A DNA stretch of 64,000 nucleotides from an uncultured Ruminococcus sp. (GTDB taxonomy: Bacteria > Bacillota > Clostridia > Lachnospirales > Lachnospiraceae), in contig UQKK01000007.1 of NCBI GenBank assembly GCA_900541505.1, positions 2,650-66,649 on the forward strand, read 5' to 3'. The notes beneath the pieces are model-generated. The model had not been told where the DNA came from and did not search any database. It saw only the letters and a list, made by a program, of their open reading frames with translations. This document shows positions 41,189-50,050 of the stretch, in pieces; within the stretch, counting starts at the first letter, position 1, and every line of letters begins with the position of its first letter. The translations under genes and the position numbers were made by a program.

Positions 41189-43231
41189 TTATTTATAGGA
41201 AATAACGGTTGTCTCGCCGGCGATTGCATCGATACCTGCGTGCATACTAACTTCAGAAGTATTTCCTTCTGCTGTGACAATCAGCATGGTCGTGCAAGGA
41301 TGTCCTGCCGCCTTAATCTTCTCCGGGTCAAACTCTATCAGCGGCGCGCCGCATTTCACACGGTCGCCCTCTTTTACGAGCAGTTTAAATCCGTCTCCGT
41401 TCATATCCACGGTATCCACACCTACATGGATGAGGAGCTCCAGTCCGTTGTCCAGGGTCAGACCGCATGCGTGACCTGTCTCCGCCATCACCACACTGAC
41501 CTCTACATCCGCCGGAGCCGTCACAACGGTATTTTCCGGCTCAAACGCGATTCCATCGCCCATAATCTTCTGAGAAAATACATCGTCCGGCACTTCCTCG
41601 ATAGGGATGACCTTACCTGTCAAAATTGCTTTCAGTTCCCCGGCGGAAGCCGCTGCTTTCTCCTCTGCTGCCCCACTGTTTGTTTCCGCTGCCCCACTGT
41701 CATCTGCTCCTGCCGCCGCGCTGCTGACTGTACCTGCCGCATTGCCGTCTGTCAGGGCTGCGCCTTCTGCTGTTTCTTTTGTATCAGCCGCCTGGTCTTT
41801 TCCGAATCTGTCTGCTGCGGACAGTTTGATTCTACCCACGATAAATGTGAGGATAAACGGAATCACAATCGCCACTGCCATGGCAAGCAGGAAAATTCCA
41901 TAGTAGCTTGATTTAATGGAAAGGATACCTGGCAGACCGCCCACGCCGATACTCAGCGCCTCAACGCCGAATCCGACGGAGATGACAGCCGCGCACGCGG
42001 AACCTATCATACCGCAAATGAGCGGGAATCCGTATTTTAAGTTGACACCGAACAGCGCCGGCTCTGTGACGCCCAGGTAACAGGAGATACATGCCGGAAC
42101 ATTTACCTGCTGCGCGCGTTCGTTTTTCTTCTGCAATACACTCATCGCCAGCACACTGGAGCCCTGCGCGATATTGGACAGCGCAATCATGGGCCAGAGG
42201 ATGGTGCTCTTAGCCGGAAGCGCGAGCATCTGGGAATCAATGGCATTGGTCATATGGTGCAGACCTGTCATAACGACCGGAGCATACAAAAGACCGAATA
42301 CACCCGCGAATATAAATCTGTAATTAGAGGTAAGTCCTGCATATACAACATCAGCAATCGCATTTCCCACTGTCCAGCCAATGGGTCCGACTACCATGTG
42401 CGCGATAAATACAGCGGGAACCAATGAACAGAACGGTACAACAATCATGCTGATAACTGCCGGGCAGATTTTCCGGAAAAATTTCTCCAGATAAACGAGC
42501 ACGAAGCCTGCCATCATCGCCGCGATGACCTGTCCCTGATACCCAATCATCTCCACCTTCGCAAACCCGAAATCCCACACCGGTATCTCGCCTGCCGGGG
42601 TGCTGGATACGTCAAATCCGTTTAAAAGCTGGGAGGATACAAGAGTAAGACCCAGGATGATACCTAAAATCTGCGTGGTACCCATTTTCTTCGTGATGGA
42701 CCAGACAATTCCCACCGGGAGCAGCCAGAACACGGCTTCTCCGATAAGCCAGAGGAAGCTGTCTACCCCTGCCCAGAACTGGGAAATCTCAATCAGTGTC
42801 TTGGTTCCGTCCTCAAAAAACTTAATCCCGTCAATCACATTGCGGAAACCCAGGACAAGACCGCCGCAGATGAGCGCAGGGATGATGGGCGCGAATATCT
42901 CACCCAAATTGCTCATAATCTTCTGGATGACATTCTGGTTATTCTTCGCCGCCTGTTTTGCCGCATCCTTGCTCACACCTTCAATACCCGCATATGCCGT
43001 AAATTCATTGTAGAAGGTAGACACGTCGTTTCCGATAATTACCTGATACTGTCCTGCCTGTGTAAATGTCCCCTTGACGCTGGGCAGTTCTTCAATCGCC
43101 TTTTCATCTGCCTTCTTCGCATCCACAAGGACAAAACGCATTCTCGTCATGCAGTGGGAAACTGCCTGGATATTTTCTTTCCCTCCGACGAGTGTCAGCA
43201 GACGCTGTACATCATTCTCATACTTTCCCAT
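41189..43231 (-). CDS. treP: PTS EIIBCA component, glucose/trehalose family (EIIB-EIIC-Ala-rich linker-EIIA)
   Basis: EIIB CMTRMRF-type cysteine motif, EIIC, C-terminal EIIA-Glc domain (GDGIAFEP...HVGVDTV). Start MGKYEND with a GAAAGGAAGG RBS. The linker DNA contains short GCTGCCCCACTGT repeats (~41640-41700). Confidence 0.85.
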   Translation of the reverse strand: MGKYENDVQRLLTLVGGKENIQAVSHCMTRMRFVLVDAKKADEKAIEELPSVKGTFTQAGQYQVIIGNDVSTFYNEFTAYAGIEGVSKDAAKQAAKNNQNVIQKIMSNLGEIFAPIIPALICGGLVLGFRNVIDGIKFFEDGTKTLIEISQFWAGVDSFLWLIGEAVFWLLPVGIVWSITKKMGTTQILGIILGLTLVSSQLLNGFDVSSTPAGEIPVWDFGFAKVEMIGYQGQVIAAMMAGFVLVYLEKFFRKICPAVISMIVVPFCSLVPAVFIAHMVVGPIGWTVGNAIADVVYAGLTSNYRFIFAGVFGLLYAPVVMTGLHHMTNAIDSQMLALPAKSTILWPMIALSNIAQGSSVLAMSVLQKKNERAQQVNVPACISCYLGVTEPALFGVNLKYGFPLICGMIGSACAAVISVGFGVEALSIGVGGLPGILSIKSSYYGIFLLAMAVAIVIPFILTFIVGRIKLSAADRFGKDQAADTKETAEGAALTDGNAAGTVSSAAAGADDSGAAETNSGAAEEKAAASAGELKAILTGKVIPIEEVPDDVFSQKIMGDGIAFEPENTVVTAPADVEVSVVMAETGHACGLTLDNGLELLIHVGVDTVDMNGDGFKLLVKEGDRVKCGAPLIEFDPEKIKAAGHPCTTMLIVTAEGNTSEVSMHAGIDAIAGETTVISYK

Positions 43232-43405
43232 CGTATTGCCTTCCTTTCTCATTTTCCTTTTCCATGTTATTCCAACTTGTTTGAACAACTTAAATATACC
43301 ACGCTTGTTTAAACATGTCAATAAAAAAGTAACAAATTGCTTGCATTTTACAATTGACATTTATATAATGTCCTTAAGATGTTTAAACAAGAAGAGGTGG
43401 GGAAG

Positions 43406-44131
43406 ATGCCCAAAGCAAAGTACGACCATATTTATAAGGATTTGAAGGAAAAGATTGAGACAGAGTTCTACCTTTACCAGGAACTGCTGCCCTCAGAAAA
43501 TACACTGATAAAGGAATATGACTGTTCCCGCAACACCGTGCGCCGGGCAATCGCCGGGCTGACAGCGGACGGTTATGTCAAGCCCATGCACGGCAAAGGC
43601 GTGCGCAATATTTTCCGTCCAATCGAGCAGACTGCATTTACTGTAGGCGGGATTGAGTCCTTTCAGGAGTCCGCCGTGAGGAACAATCAGAGACCCTTTA
43701 CAAAAGTACTGCAGTTCTCCGAAATCACCGCGGATGCCAAGGTGGAGAAAAGAACCGGTTTCCGGCAGGGGGACGTTCTCTATTATATCCAGCGCCTCCG
43801 GTATTTAGACGGGGAACCGCTGATTCTGGACCACAATTATTTTTTGAAGGAAATGACTCCGGGACTGACAAGGGAGATTGCAGAGCACTCCGTCTATGAT
43901 TTTCTGGAAAATACACTGAATATCACCATTTCCACGAGCAAACGGACCCTGACTGTGGAAAAGATGACGCAGGTAGATGAAGCCTACCTGGATATGAAAG
44001 ATTACAACTGCATGGCTGTGATATCAAGCCAGACCTATGATGACAACGGGATTCAGTTCGAGTATACCCAGTCCCGCCACCGCCCCGATTACTTCCGTTT
44101 CCAGGACGTGGCATCGAGAAAACACCTCTAA
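43406..44131 (+). CDS. treR: GntR family regulator with UTRA domain (TreR-like)
   Basis: HTH ...LPSENTLIKEYDCSRNTVRRAIAGL..., UbiC/UTRA C-terminal domain. Divergent from the PTS operon. GAGGTGGGG RBS. Confidence 0.8.
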   Translation: MPKAKYDHIYKDLKEKIETEFYLYQELLPSENTLIKEYDCSRNTVRRAIAGLTADGYVKPMHGKGVRNIFRPIEQTAFTVGGIESFQESAVRNNQRPFTKVLQFSEITADAKVEKRTGFRQGDVLYYIQRLRYLDGEPLILDHNYFLKEMTPGLTREIAEHSVYDFLENTLNITISTSKRTLTVEKMTQVDEAYLDMKDYNCMAVISSQTYDDNGIQFEYTQSRHRPDYFRFQDVASRKHL

Positions 44132-44200
44132 ACAAAGATGGCGGACATTGCATAAGACAGGCAGGGATTACATGAAACGAGCGGGATTGCGTGAAACAAG

Positions 44201-44285
44201 CAGGAATTGTACGAAACGAGCGGGTATTGCTTCTCCTTCTCCGGCTGTACCGGAATTTCAGGGGAAGCAATACCCGCCCGTTTTC
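44201..44285. terminator. Convergent terminator between treR and metG
   Basis: GAAACGAGCGGGTATTGCTTC ... GAAGCAATACCCGCCCGTTTTCTT. Preceded by three 20-bp tandem repeats (44161-44220). Confidence 0.6.
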
Positions 44286-44328
44286 TTATGTCTGTCTCAT
44301 CTTCTCAGTTTGTCTATCTCCTATCCGC

Positions 44329-46230
44329 CTAGCAGATTTCCGCTCCCGCCGGCATATCCTTTTCCGGTGTGACAAGTGCCAGATTTCCCTTGTCATCCTC
44401 CGCGCAGAGGAGCATACCTTCTGACAAGACTCCCGCCAGCTTCGCAGGTTTTAAATTTACCAGTACCATGACTTTTTTGCCTACCATCTCTTCCGGAGTG
44501 TAGTGGGCTTTGATACCGGACACAATCTGTTTTACCTGACTGCCAATCTTTACCTGGGAGCAGAGCAGTTTTTTCGATTTTTTCACTTCCTCGCAGGCGA
44601 TAATCTCTCCTACCTGGAACTGCATTGCCCCGAACTGCTCAAATGTAATTTCCGGCTTCGCCTCGATATCAATGACCGGACCTTCCTCTTTTTCTTCTTC
44701 CACCGGAGGATGGAGTTCTTCTACCTTTTTCAGCACTTCTTCTACGTCCAGTCTCTGGAACAGAATCTCCGGCTTCTCTGTCACATGTCCGTCTCCGAGC
44801 TGCTCCGCGATTTTCTCACTGGTGGACGGCATGAAGGACTCCAGAAGTTTTGCTCCCGCAGAAATTCCCTGTATCAGATTCCAGAGAACTGTCTCCAGAC
44901 GGTCCTTTTTCGCCTCGTCTTTTGCCAGTACCCACGGCATCGTCTCGTCAATATATTTGTTGCAGCGTTTGAACAGGTTGAAGATTTCTGTGATGGCATC
45001 TGCCACGCGCAGTTCCTCCATCTTCGCCTCCACCGCTTTGGGAGTCTCCTCGATAACGCGCTTCAAATCCGCGTCCACTTCCTCGGCTGCGCCTTTATCT
45101 GTCACGGTTCCGCCGAAATATTTGTTTGTCATGGATACCGTACGGTTTACCAGGTTTCCGAGGGTATTCGCCAAGTCGGAATTTAAACGCTCTACCATCA
45201 GTTCCCAGGAAATAACCCCGTCATTCTCAAAGGGCATCTCATGGAGTACGAAATAACGCACCGCATCCACTCCGAAGAAATCTACCAGCTCATCCGCATA
45301 CAGTACATTTCCTTTGGATTTGCTCATCTTGCCGTCCCCCTGCAAAAGCCACGGATGTCCGAAGACCTGTTTCGGCAGAGGCAGTCCCAGTGCCATCAGG
45401 AAAATTGGCCAGTAAATCGTATGGAAACGGATGATGTCTTTTCCAATCAAATGCAAATCCGCCGGCCACAGCTTGTTGAACTGCTCTGTACTGCCGCCCT
45501 CACAGTCATACCCGATTCCTGTGATATAGTTTGTCAGCGCATCCAGCCATACATAAATCACGTGTTTATCGTCAAAATCCACCGGGATTCCCCATTTGAA
45601 GGAGGTTCTGGATACACAGAGGTCCTGCAGACCCGGCAGAAGGAAGTTATTCATCATTTCGTTCTTGCGGGAAACAGGCTGTATAAATTCCGGGTGGGTG
45701 TTGATATGCTCAATCAGTCTGTCCGCATATTTGCTCATTTTAAAGAAATAAGCCTCTTCTTTGGCAGGCTGAACCTCCCGCCCGCAGTCCGGACATTTGC
45801 CGTCCACAAGCTGGGACTCTGTAAAGAAGGATTCACAGGGAGTACAGTACATTCCCTCGTAGTACCCTTTGTAGATATCCCCCTGCTCATACAGCTTTTT
45901 GAAAATCTTCTGCACCTGCTTCTCATGGTCGTCGTCCGTTGTACGGATGAATTTGTCATAGGAGGTATCCATCAAATCCCAGATTCTCTTAATCTCCGCA
46001 GATACATTGTCTACAAATTCCTTTGGCGTGATTCCCGCTTCCTCCGCCTTTAATTCAATCTTCTGCCCGTGTTCATCCGTCCCTGTCTGGAAGAATACAT
46101 CGTATCCCTGACTCCTCTTGTAACGTGCAATCGCATCGGCGAGCACAATCTCGTATGTGTTCCCGATATGCGGTTTGCCGGATGTGTAGGCAATCGCCGT
46201 TGTGATATAATATTTTGGTTTCTCTGACAT
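44329..46230 (-). CDS. metG: Methionyl-tRNA synthetase with C-terminal tRNA-binding (EMAP/Trbp111-like) domain
   Basis: MSEKPKYYITTAIAYTSGKPHIGN (HIGH), KMSKS, Zn knuckle CPDCG, C-terminal ...FGAMQFQVGEIIACEEV. Start at 46230 with an AAGGAGAG RBS; the ORF-track 5' extension is leader sequence. Confidence 0.9.
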   Translation of the reverse strand: MSEKPKYYITTAIAYTSGKPHIGNTYEIVLADAIARYKRSQGYDVFFQTGTDEHGQKIELKAEEAGITPKEFVDNVSAEIKRIWDLMDTSYDKFIRTTDDDHEKQVQKIFKKLYEQGDIYKGYYEGMYCTPCESFFTESQLVDGKCPDCGREVQPAKEEAYFFKMSKYADRLIEHINTHPEFIQPVSRKNEMMNNFLLPGLQDLCVSRTSFKWGIPVDFDDKHVIYVWLDALTNYITGIGYDCEGGSTEQFNKLWPADLHLIGKDIIRFHTIYWPIFLMALGLPLPKQVFGHPWLLQGDGKMSKSKGNVLYADELVDFFGVDAVRYFVLHEMPFENDGVISWELMVERLNSDLANTLGNLVNRTVSMTNKYFGGTVTDKGAAEEVDADLKRVIEETPKAVEAKMEELRVADAITEIFNLFKRCNKYIDETMPWVLAKDEAKKDRLETVLWNLIQGISAGAKLLESFMPSTSEKIAEQLGDGHVTEKPEILFQRLDVEEVLKKVEELHPPVEEEKEEGPVIDIEAKPEITFEQFGAMQFQVGEIIACEEVKKSKKLLCSQVKIGSQVKQIVSGIKAHYTPEEMVGKKVMVLVNLKPAKLAGVLSEGMLLCAEDDKGNLALVTPEKDMPAGAEIC

Positions 46231-46249
46231 ACTTCTCTCTCCTTTGAAT

Positions 46250-46380
46250 CTAAAATAAATCGTTCCGTTTACGGAACTTTCGCGCCGGGCGCGGTCGCTT
46301 CGGCGACACCTTTTCCTCTTCGCGCCCGTGCGCATCGCACGGATTTTTTATTCAATGGGGAACGAAGTTTCCCATTGAAT
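46250..46380 (-). promoter_or_regulatory. Unclassified conserved structured 5'UTR element, copy A (between the metG T-box terminator and the metG RBS)
   Basis: ~125 nt with 4-5 hairpins. Collinear at nucleotide level with 52378-52500, including compensatory changes in hairpin 1. Confidence 0.5.
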
Positions 46381-46722
46381 AAAAAAATCCCGTCTTCTAT
46401 AAAGAAGACGGGTCATAACCGTGGTACCACTTCTTGGTTCATCCCTGCCTCTCGGCAGAGACCTCAGTAAGTGCCTGAACACTTGCCGCTGTAATGGGCG
46501 GACCCATCACATACTTACATGGAAAATTCACATGTGCAGAACTCTCTGCTGCTTTTCGTTCCTTTCCAGCTCGTATGTGCTGCTCAAAAGCCATCTTCCG
46601 CCAGTCTCCATACATCCCCTCTCACCTGCCGGGATTCTCTGTGATATATCCAAAGGCGTACTCTCTTTTTCATCGCTTTTCGTTATTGTAGTGAAAATCG
46701 TAACACAAAAAACTTTCGTTTG
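46381..46722 (-). promoter_or_regulatory. T-box riboswitch leader (tRNA-Met; AUG specifier) with its promoter
   Basis: Minus strand: promoter TTGACA-17-TACGAT (~46722-46690). AGAGA/GGUGAGAGG stem I. Specifier context gcggaagATGg. T-box GTGGTACCACGG (~46419-46431). Terminator GACCCGTCTTC/GAAGACGGG + TTTTTTT (46381-46413). Confidence 0.7.
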
Positions 46723-46811
46723 TCAAGCCCAAAGGCAGCCCCTATTTCAAATCCGTATTTTGAAGTCTTCGTATCAGCAGACGCAAAACGCCGCTGTGAA
46801 CTTTCAAAATT

Positions 46812-47963
46812 CTAAATCCGCATTTTAAAGTCCTCATACCCGAAGCGCTTCACAACTTCAAAGCTTCCGTCCCCTTTTTCCAGAACGATGTCGGGAAGTT
46901 TCATACCGTTAAAGGTATTATTCTTCACCATCGTATAAATCGCCATATCCTGAAATTCCAGCCGGTCGCCGCATTTTAGAGGAGCGGCAAACGCATAGTC
47001 CCCGATTACGTCCCCTGCCAGGCAGGTGGGACCTGCCAGCCGGTATACATAGGGCTTGTCTTTCATGCTCTCTTTTTCCGCCGGGTTTCCGGAACCTTTT
47101 AGAGGCGGACGATACGGCATCTCCAGCACGTCGGGCATATGGCAGGCTGCGGAGGCATCCAGGATGGCAATGGAAATGTCGTTTTCCACTATCTCCATCA
47201 CTTCTGTCAGCAGGATTCCCGCATTTAAGGCAACCGCCTCCCCCGGCTCCAGATAGACGGAAACGCCGTAAGTATCCTGCATATGCCGGATACATGTTTT
47301 CAGCAATTCCTTGTCATACCCTTCTCTGGTGATATGGTGCCCGCCGCCGAAATTCAGCCATTTCATCTGGCGCAGCCAGCCGCCGAACTTTTCTTCCACC
47401 GCATCCAGCGTGGTTTTTAAGTCATCCGCGTCCTGCTCGCAGAGGGTATGGAAATGCAGTCCATCTACCCCCTCCAGCAGCTCGTCTGTTATCTGTTCCG
47501 CCGTTGTTCCCAGGCGCGAACCCGGAGCGCAGGGGTCATAAATGGCATGCCCCTCCTGGGTGGAGCATTGGGGATTGATGCGCAGCCCCACGCTCTTTCC
47601 CGCGCTTAAGACTCTCTCTTTATATTTCTGAAGCTGTCCCGGAGAATTGAAAATAATATGGTCACAGTAACGGATGATATCATCCATTTCCTCCTCCCGG
47701 TATGACGGAGAGAAGATATGATTTTCCTTTCCCATCTCCTCAAATCCCAGCCGCGCTTCATAAAGCCCGCTGGCTGTCGTACCGTCCAGATACTCTCCAA
47801 TCAGAGGGTACAGGCTGTACATGGAAAATGCTTTCTGCGCCAGCAGAATCTTACATCCGGTCTCCCGGCAGATTTCCTGAAGCTGTCTTACATTCTCCCG
47901 GATTTTTGCTTCCTGTATGATATAGCAGGGCGTGCGCAGCCCGCTCTTTGTCAGTACGCTCAT
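46812..47963 (-). CDS. nspC: Carboxynorspermidine / carboxyspermidine decarboxylase
   Basis: PLP-dependent fold III decarboxylase with an NspC-like N-terminus (TPCYIIQEAKIRENV). ATG at 47963 with a GGTGGAG RBS; the upstream GTG gives an alternative longer form. Confidence 0.8.
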   Translation of the reverse strand: MSVLTKSGLRTPCYIIQEAKIRENVRQLQEICRETGCKILLAQKAFSMYSLYPLIGEYLDGTTASGLYEARLGFEEMGKENHIFSPSYREEEMDDIIRYCDHIIFNSPGQLQKYKERVLSAGKSVGLRINPQCSTQEGHAIYDPCAPGSRLGTTAEQITDELLEGVDGLHFHTLCEQDADDLKTTLDAVEEKFGGWLRQMKWLNFGGGHHITREGYDKELLKTCIRHMQDTYGVSVYLEPGEAVALNAGILLTEVMEIVENDISIAILDASAACHMPDVLEMPYRPPLKGSGNPAEKESMKDKPYVYRLAGPTCLAGDVIGDYAFAAPLKCGDRLEFQDMAIYTMVKNNTFNGMKLPDIVLEKGDGSFEVVKRFGYEDFKMRI

Positions 47964-47967
47964 ATGA

Positions 47968-49170
47968 TTACTCCACCAAGTCAGGATTTTCACTGATTTC
48001 CCAGGGCAGTCCCCAGCGATTCAGGGCATCCATGAACGGGTCGGGGTCGAATTCTTCCATGTTGTAGACGCCCGGCTTTTTCCATGTCCCGGTCATCACC
48101 ATCATTGCCCCAATCATCGCCGGCACTCCAGTCGTGTACGCCACTGCCTGGGAGCCGACTTCCTTATAGCACTCCTGGTGGTCGCATGTATTGTAAATGT
48201 AGAGCTTCTTTTCCTGTCCGTCTTTCTTTCCGATGAAAATACATCCAATGTTTGTCTTACCCTTTGTGCGCGGACCAAGTGATGACGGGTCCGGGAGCAC
48301 TGCCTTTAAAAACTGCAAAGGCACGATTTCCTGTCCGTTGTACATGATAGGCTCGATAGAGGTCATTCCCACATTCTCCAGACAGCGCAGATGGGTCAGA
48401 TAGCTCTCCCCGAATGTCATGAAGAAACGGATTCTCTTGATTCCCGGAATATTGAGAGCGAGTGATTCTATCTCCTCGTGATGGAGCAGATACATATCCT
48501 TTTCCCCGATTTCCGGGAAATCATAGACTCTCTTGATTTCCATGGGCTTTGTCTCCACCCAGTGCCCGTCCTCCCAGTAGGAGCCGTTTGCCGACACTTC
48601 CCGGATGTTAATTTCCGGGTTGAAATTGGTGGCGAAGGGATAGCCATGGTCTCCTGCATTGCAGTCCAGGATATCAATATAGTTTATTTCGTCAAAATAA
48701 TGTTTCAGCGCATAGGCGGAGAAAACACTCGTTACCCCTGGGTCAAATCCACTGCCGAGCAGCGCCGTAAGCCCTGCTTTCTCGAATTTCTCCCGGTAAG
48801 CCCACTGCCATTTATACTCAAATTTCGCCGTATCCTCCGGCTCGTAATTCGCCGTGTCAATATAATGCACTCCCGCAGCAAGGCAGGCATCCATAATCGT
48901 CAAATCCTGATAGGGGAGCGCCAGATTCAGCACTACTTCCGGTTTCTCTCGTTTTATCAGCTCTGTGAGTTCCTCTGCATTGTCCGCATCTACCTGCGCG
49001 GTCGTAATCTTTGTCTTTGTACTTCCCTGAAGCTTCTCCTTGAGCGCGTCACATTTTGACACGGTTCTGCTGGCAATGCACAGCTCTGAAAACACCTCAT
49101 CATTCTGACAAATCTTATGAATCGCCACACTCGCTACGCCGCCGCAGCCAATCACCATAACTTTTCCCAT
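47968..49170 (-). CDS. Carboxynorspermidine dehydrogenase (saccharopine dehydrogenase family)
   Basis: MGKVMVIGCGGVASVAIHKI Rossmann fold, Sacchrp_dh N- and C-terminal domains. GAAGGAG RBS. Confidence 0.8.
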   Translation of the reverse strand: MGKVMVIGCGGVASVAIHKICQNDEVFSELCIASRTVSKCDALKEKLQGSTKTKITTAQVDADNAEELTELIKREKPEVVLNLALPYQDLTIMDACLAAGVHYIDTANYEPEDTAKFEYKWQWAYREKFEKAGLTALLGSGFDPGVTSVFSAYALKHYFDEINYIDILDCNAGDHGYPFATNFNPEINIREVSANGSYWEDGHWVETKPMEIKRVYDFPEIGEKDMYLLHHEEIESLALNIPGIKRIRFFMTFGESYLTHLRCLENVGMTSIEPIMYNGQEIVPLQFLKAVLPDPSSLGPRTKGKTNIGCIFIGKKDGQEKKLYIYNTCDHQECYKEVGSQAVAYTTGVPAMIGAMMVMTGTWKKPGVYNMEEFDPDPFMDALNRWGLPWEISENPDLVE

Positions 49171-49192
49171 ATTTTCCACTCCTTCTTCATTT

Positions 49193-50050
49193 TTATATTG
49201 CTATCAGCATTTCCCGGATAATCTTACACGCCACCGCTGTCGATACCCCGCTCTGGTCATAGGGCGGACACAGCTCGTTGACATCGCAGCCAATCAGATG
49301 ACACTGGCTTACCACTTTTGTCACCGCATGCATAAGGCTCATGAAGCTGACTCCGCCCGGTTCCGGCGTCCCTGTGCCGGGGAAAAAGGACGGGTCCAGC
49401 ACATCCAAATCCACAGTAAAATACACCGGAACATGTTCTTTCTTCAATGCAGCAAGGGTATCCTCCAGCCCTTCCAGACAAAACGGATGGAAGTCGGTGT
49501 GTCCTGCCTTCGCCCACTCAAACTCCTCTTTCTCACCGGAACGGATTCCAAACTGATGGATACGCCCGTCCCCCAAAATGTCCCAGCAGCGGCGAAGTAC
49601 ACATGCATGGGAGAGTTCCACGCCCAGATAGTCTTGCCGCAAATCAGTATGCGCATCAAAATGGATGATGTGCATGTCCGGATATTTCTCTGCCGCCGCG
49701 CGCACGCTTCCCAGTGTCACCAGATGTTCCCCGCCAATCATAAAGGGGAGCTTTTCATCTTTCAGAATCTGCGCGGTGCACGCCTCAATCTCTTTTAACA
49801 CCAGCGAAGAGTCCCCGATAGCCAGTTCCAAATCTCCGCAGTCAAAAATTCTTTTCTCTGTCAAATCCGCATCCTGGTAGGGACTGTATGTCTCTAATCC
49901 ATAAGAGTCGCTGCGGATGGACTGCCCGGCAAAACGGGTTCCCGGACGGAAGGATGTGGTTGAGTCAAAGGGCGCTCCGAACAGCACAATATCCGCCTCC
50001 TCATATTCCGCATCACATCCCATAAAGTTTGTAATATTCTTATTCCACAT
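49193..50050 (-). CDS. speB: Agmatinase
   Basis: Ureohydrolase motifs GGEHLVT, DAHTDL, DLDVLDP. Confidence 0.85.
   Translation of the reverse strand: MWNKNITNFMGCDAEYEEADIVLFGAPFDSTTSFRPGTRFAGQSIRSDSYGLETYSPYQDADLTEKRIFDCGDLELAIGDSSLVLKEIEACTAQILKDEKLPFMIGGEHLVTLGSVRAAAEKYPDMHIIHFDAHTDLRQDYLGVELSHACVLRRCWDILGDGRIHQFGIRSGEKEEFEWAKAGHTDFHPFCLEGLEDTLAALKKEHVPVYFTVDLDVLDPSFFPGTGTPEPGGVSFMSLMHAVTKVVSQCHLIGCDVNELCPPYDQSGVSTAVACKIIREMLIAI

Noticed and set aside
46250-46380. Reading the conserved 5'UTR element as a leader peptide or N-terminal extension of metG / speA
   Set aside because: Translations of the two copies are unrelated in every frame, while the nucleotide sequence is conserved with compensatory stem changes. 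The RBS and the start of the conserved N-termini lie downstream.
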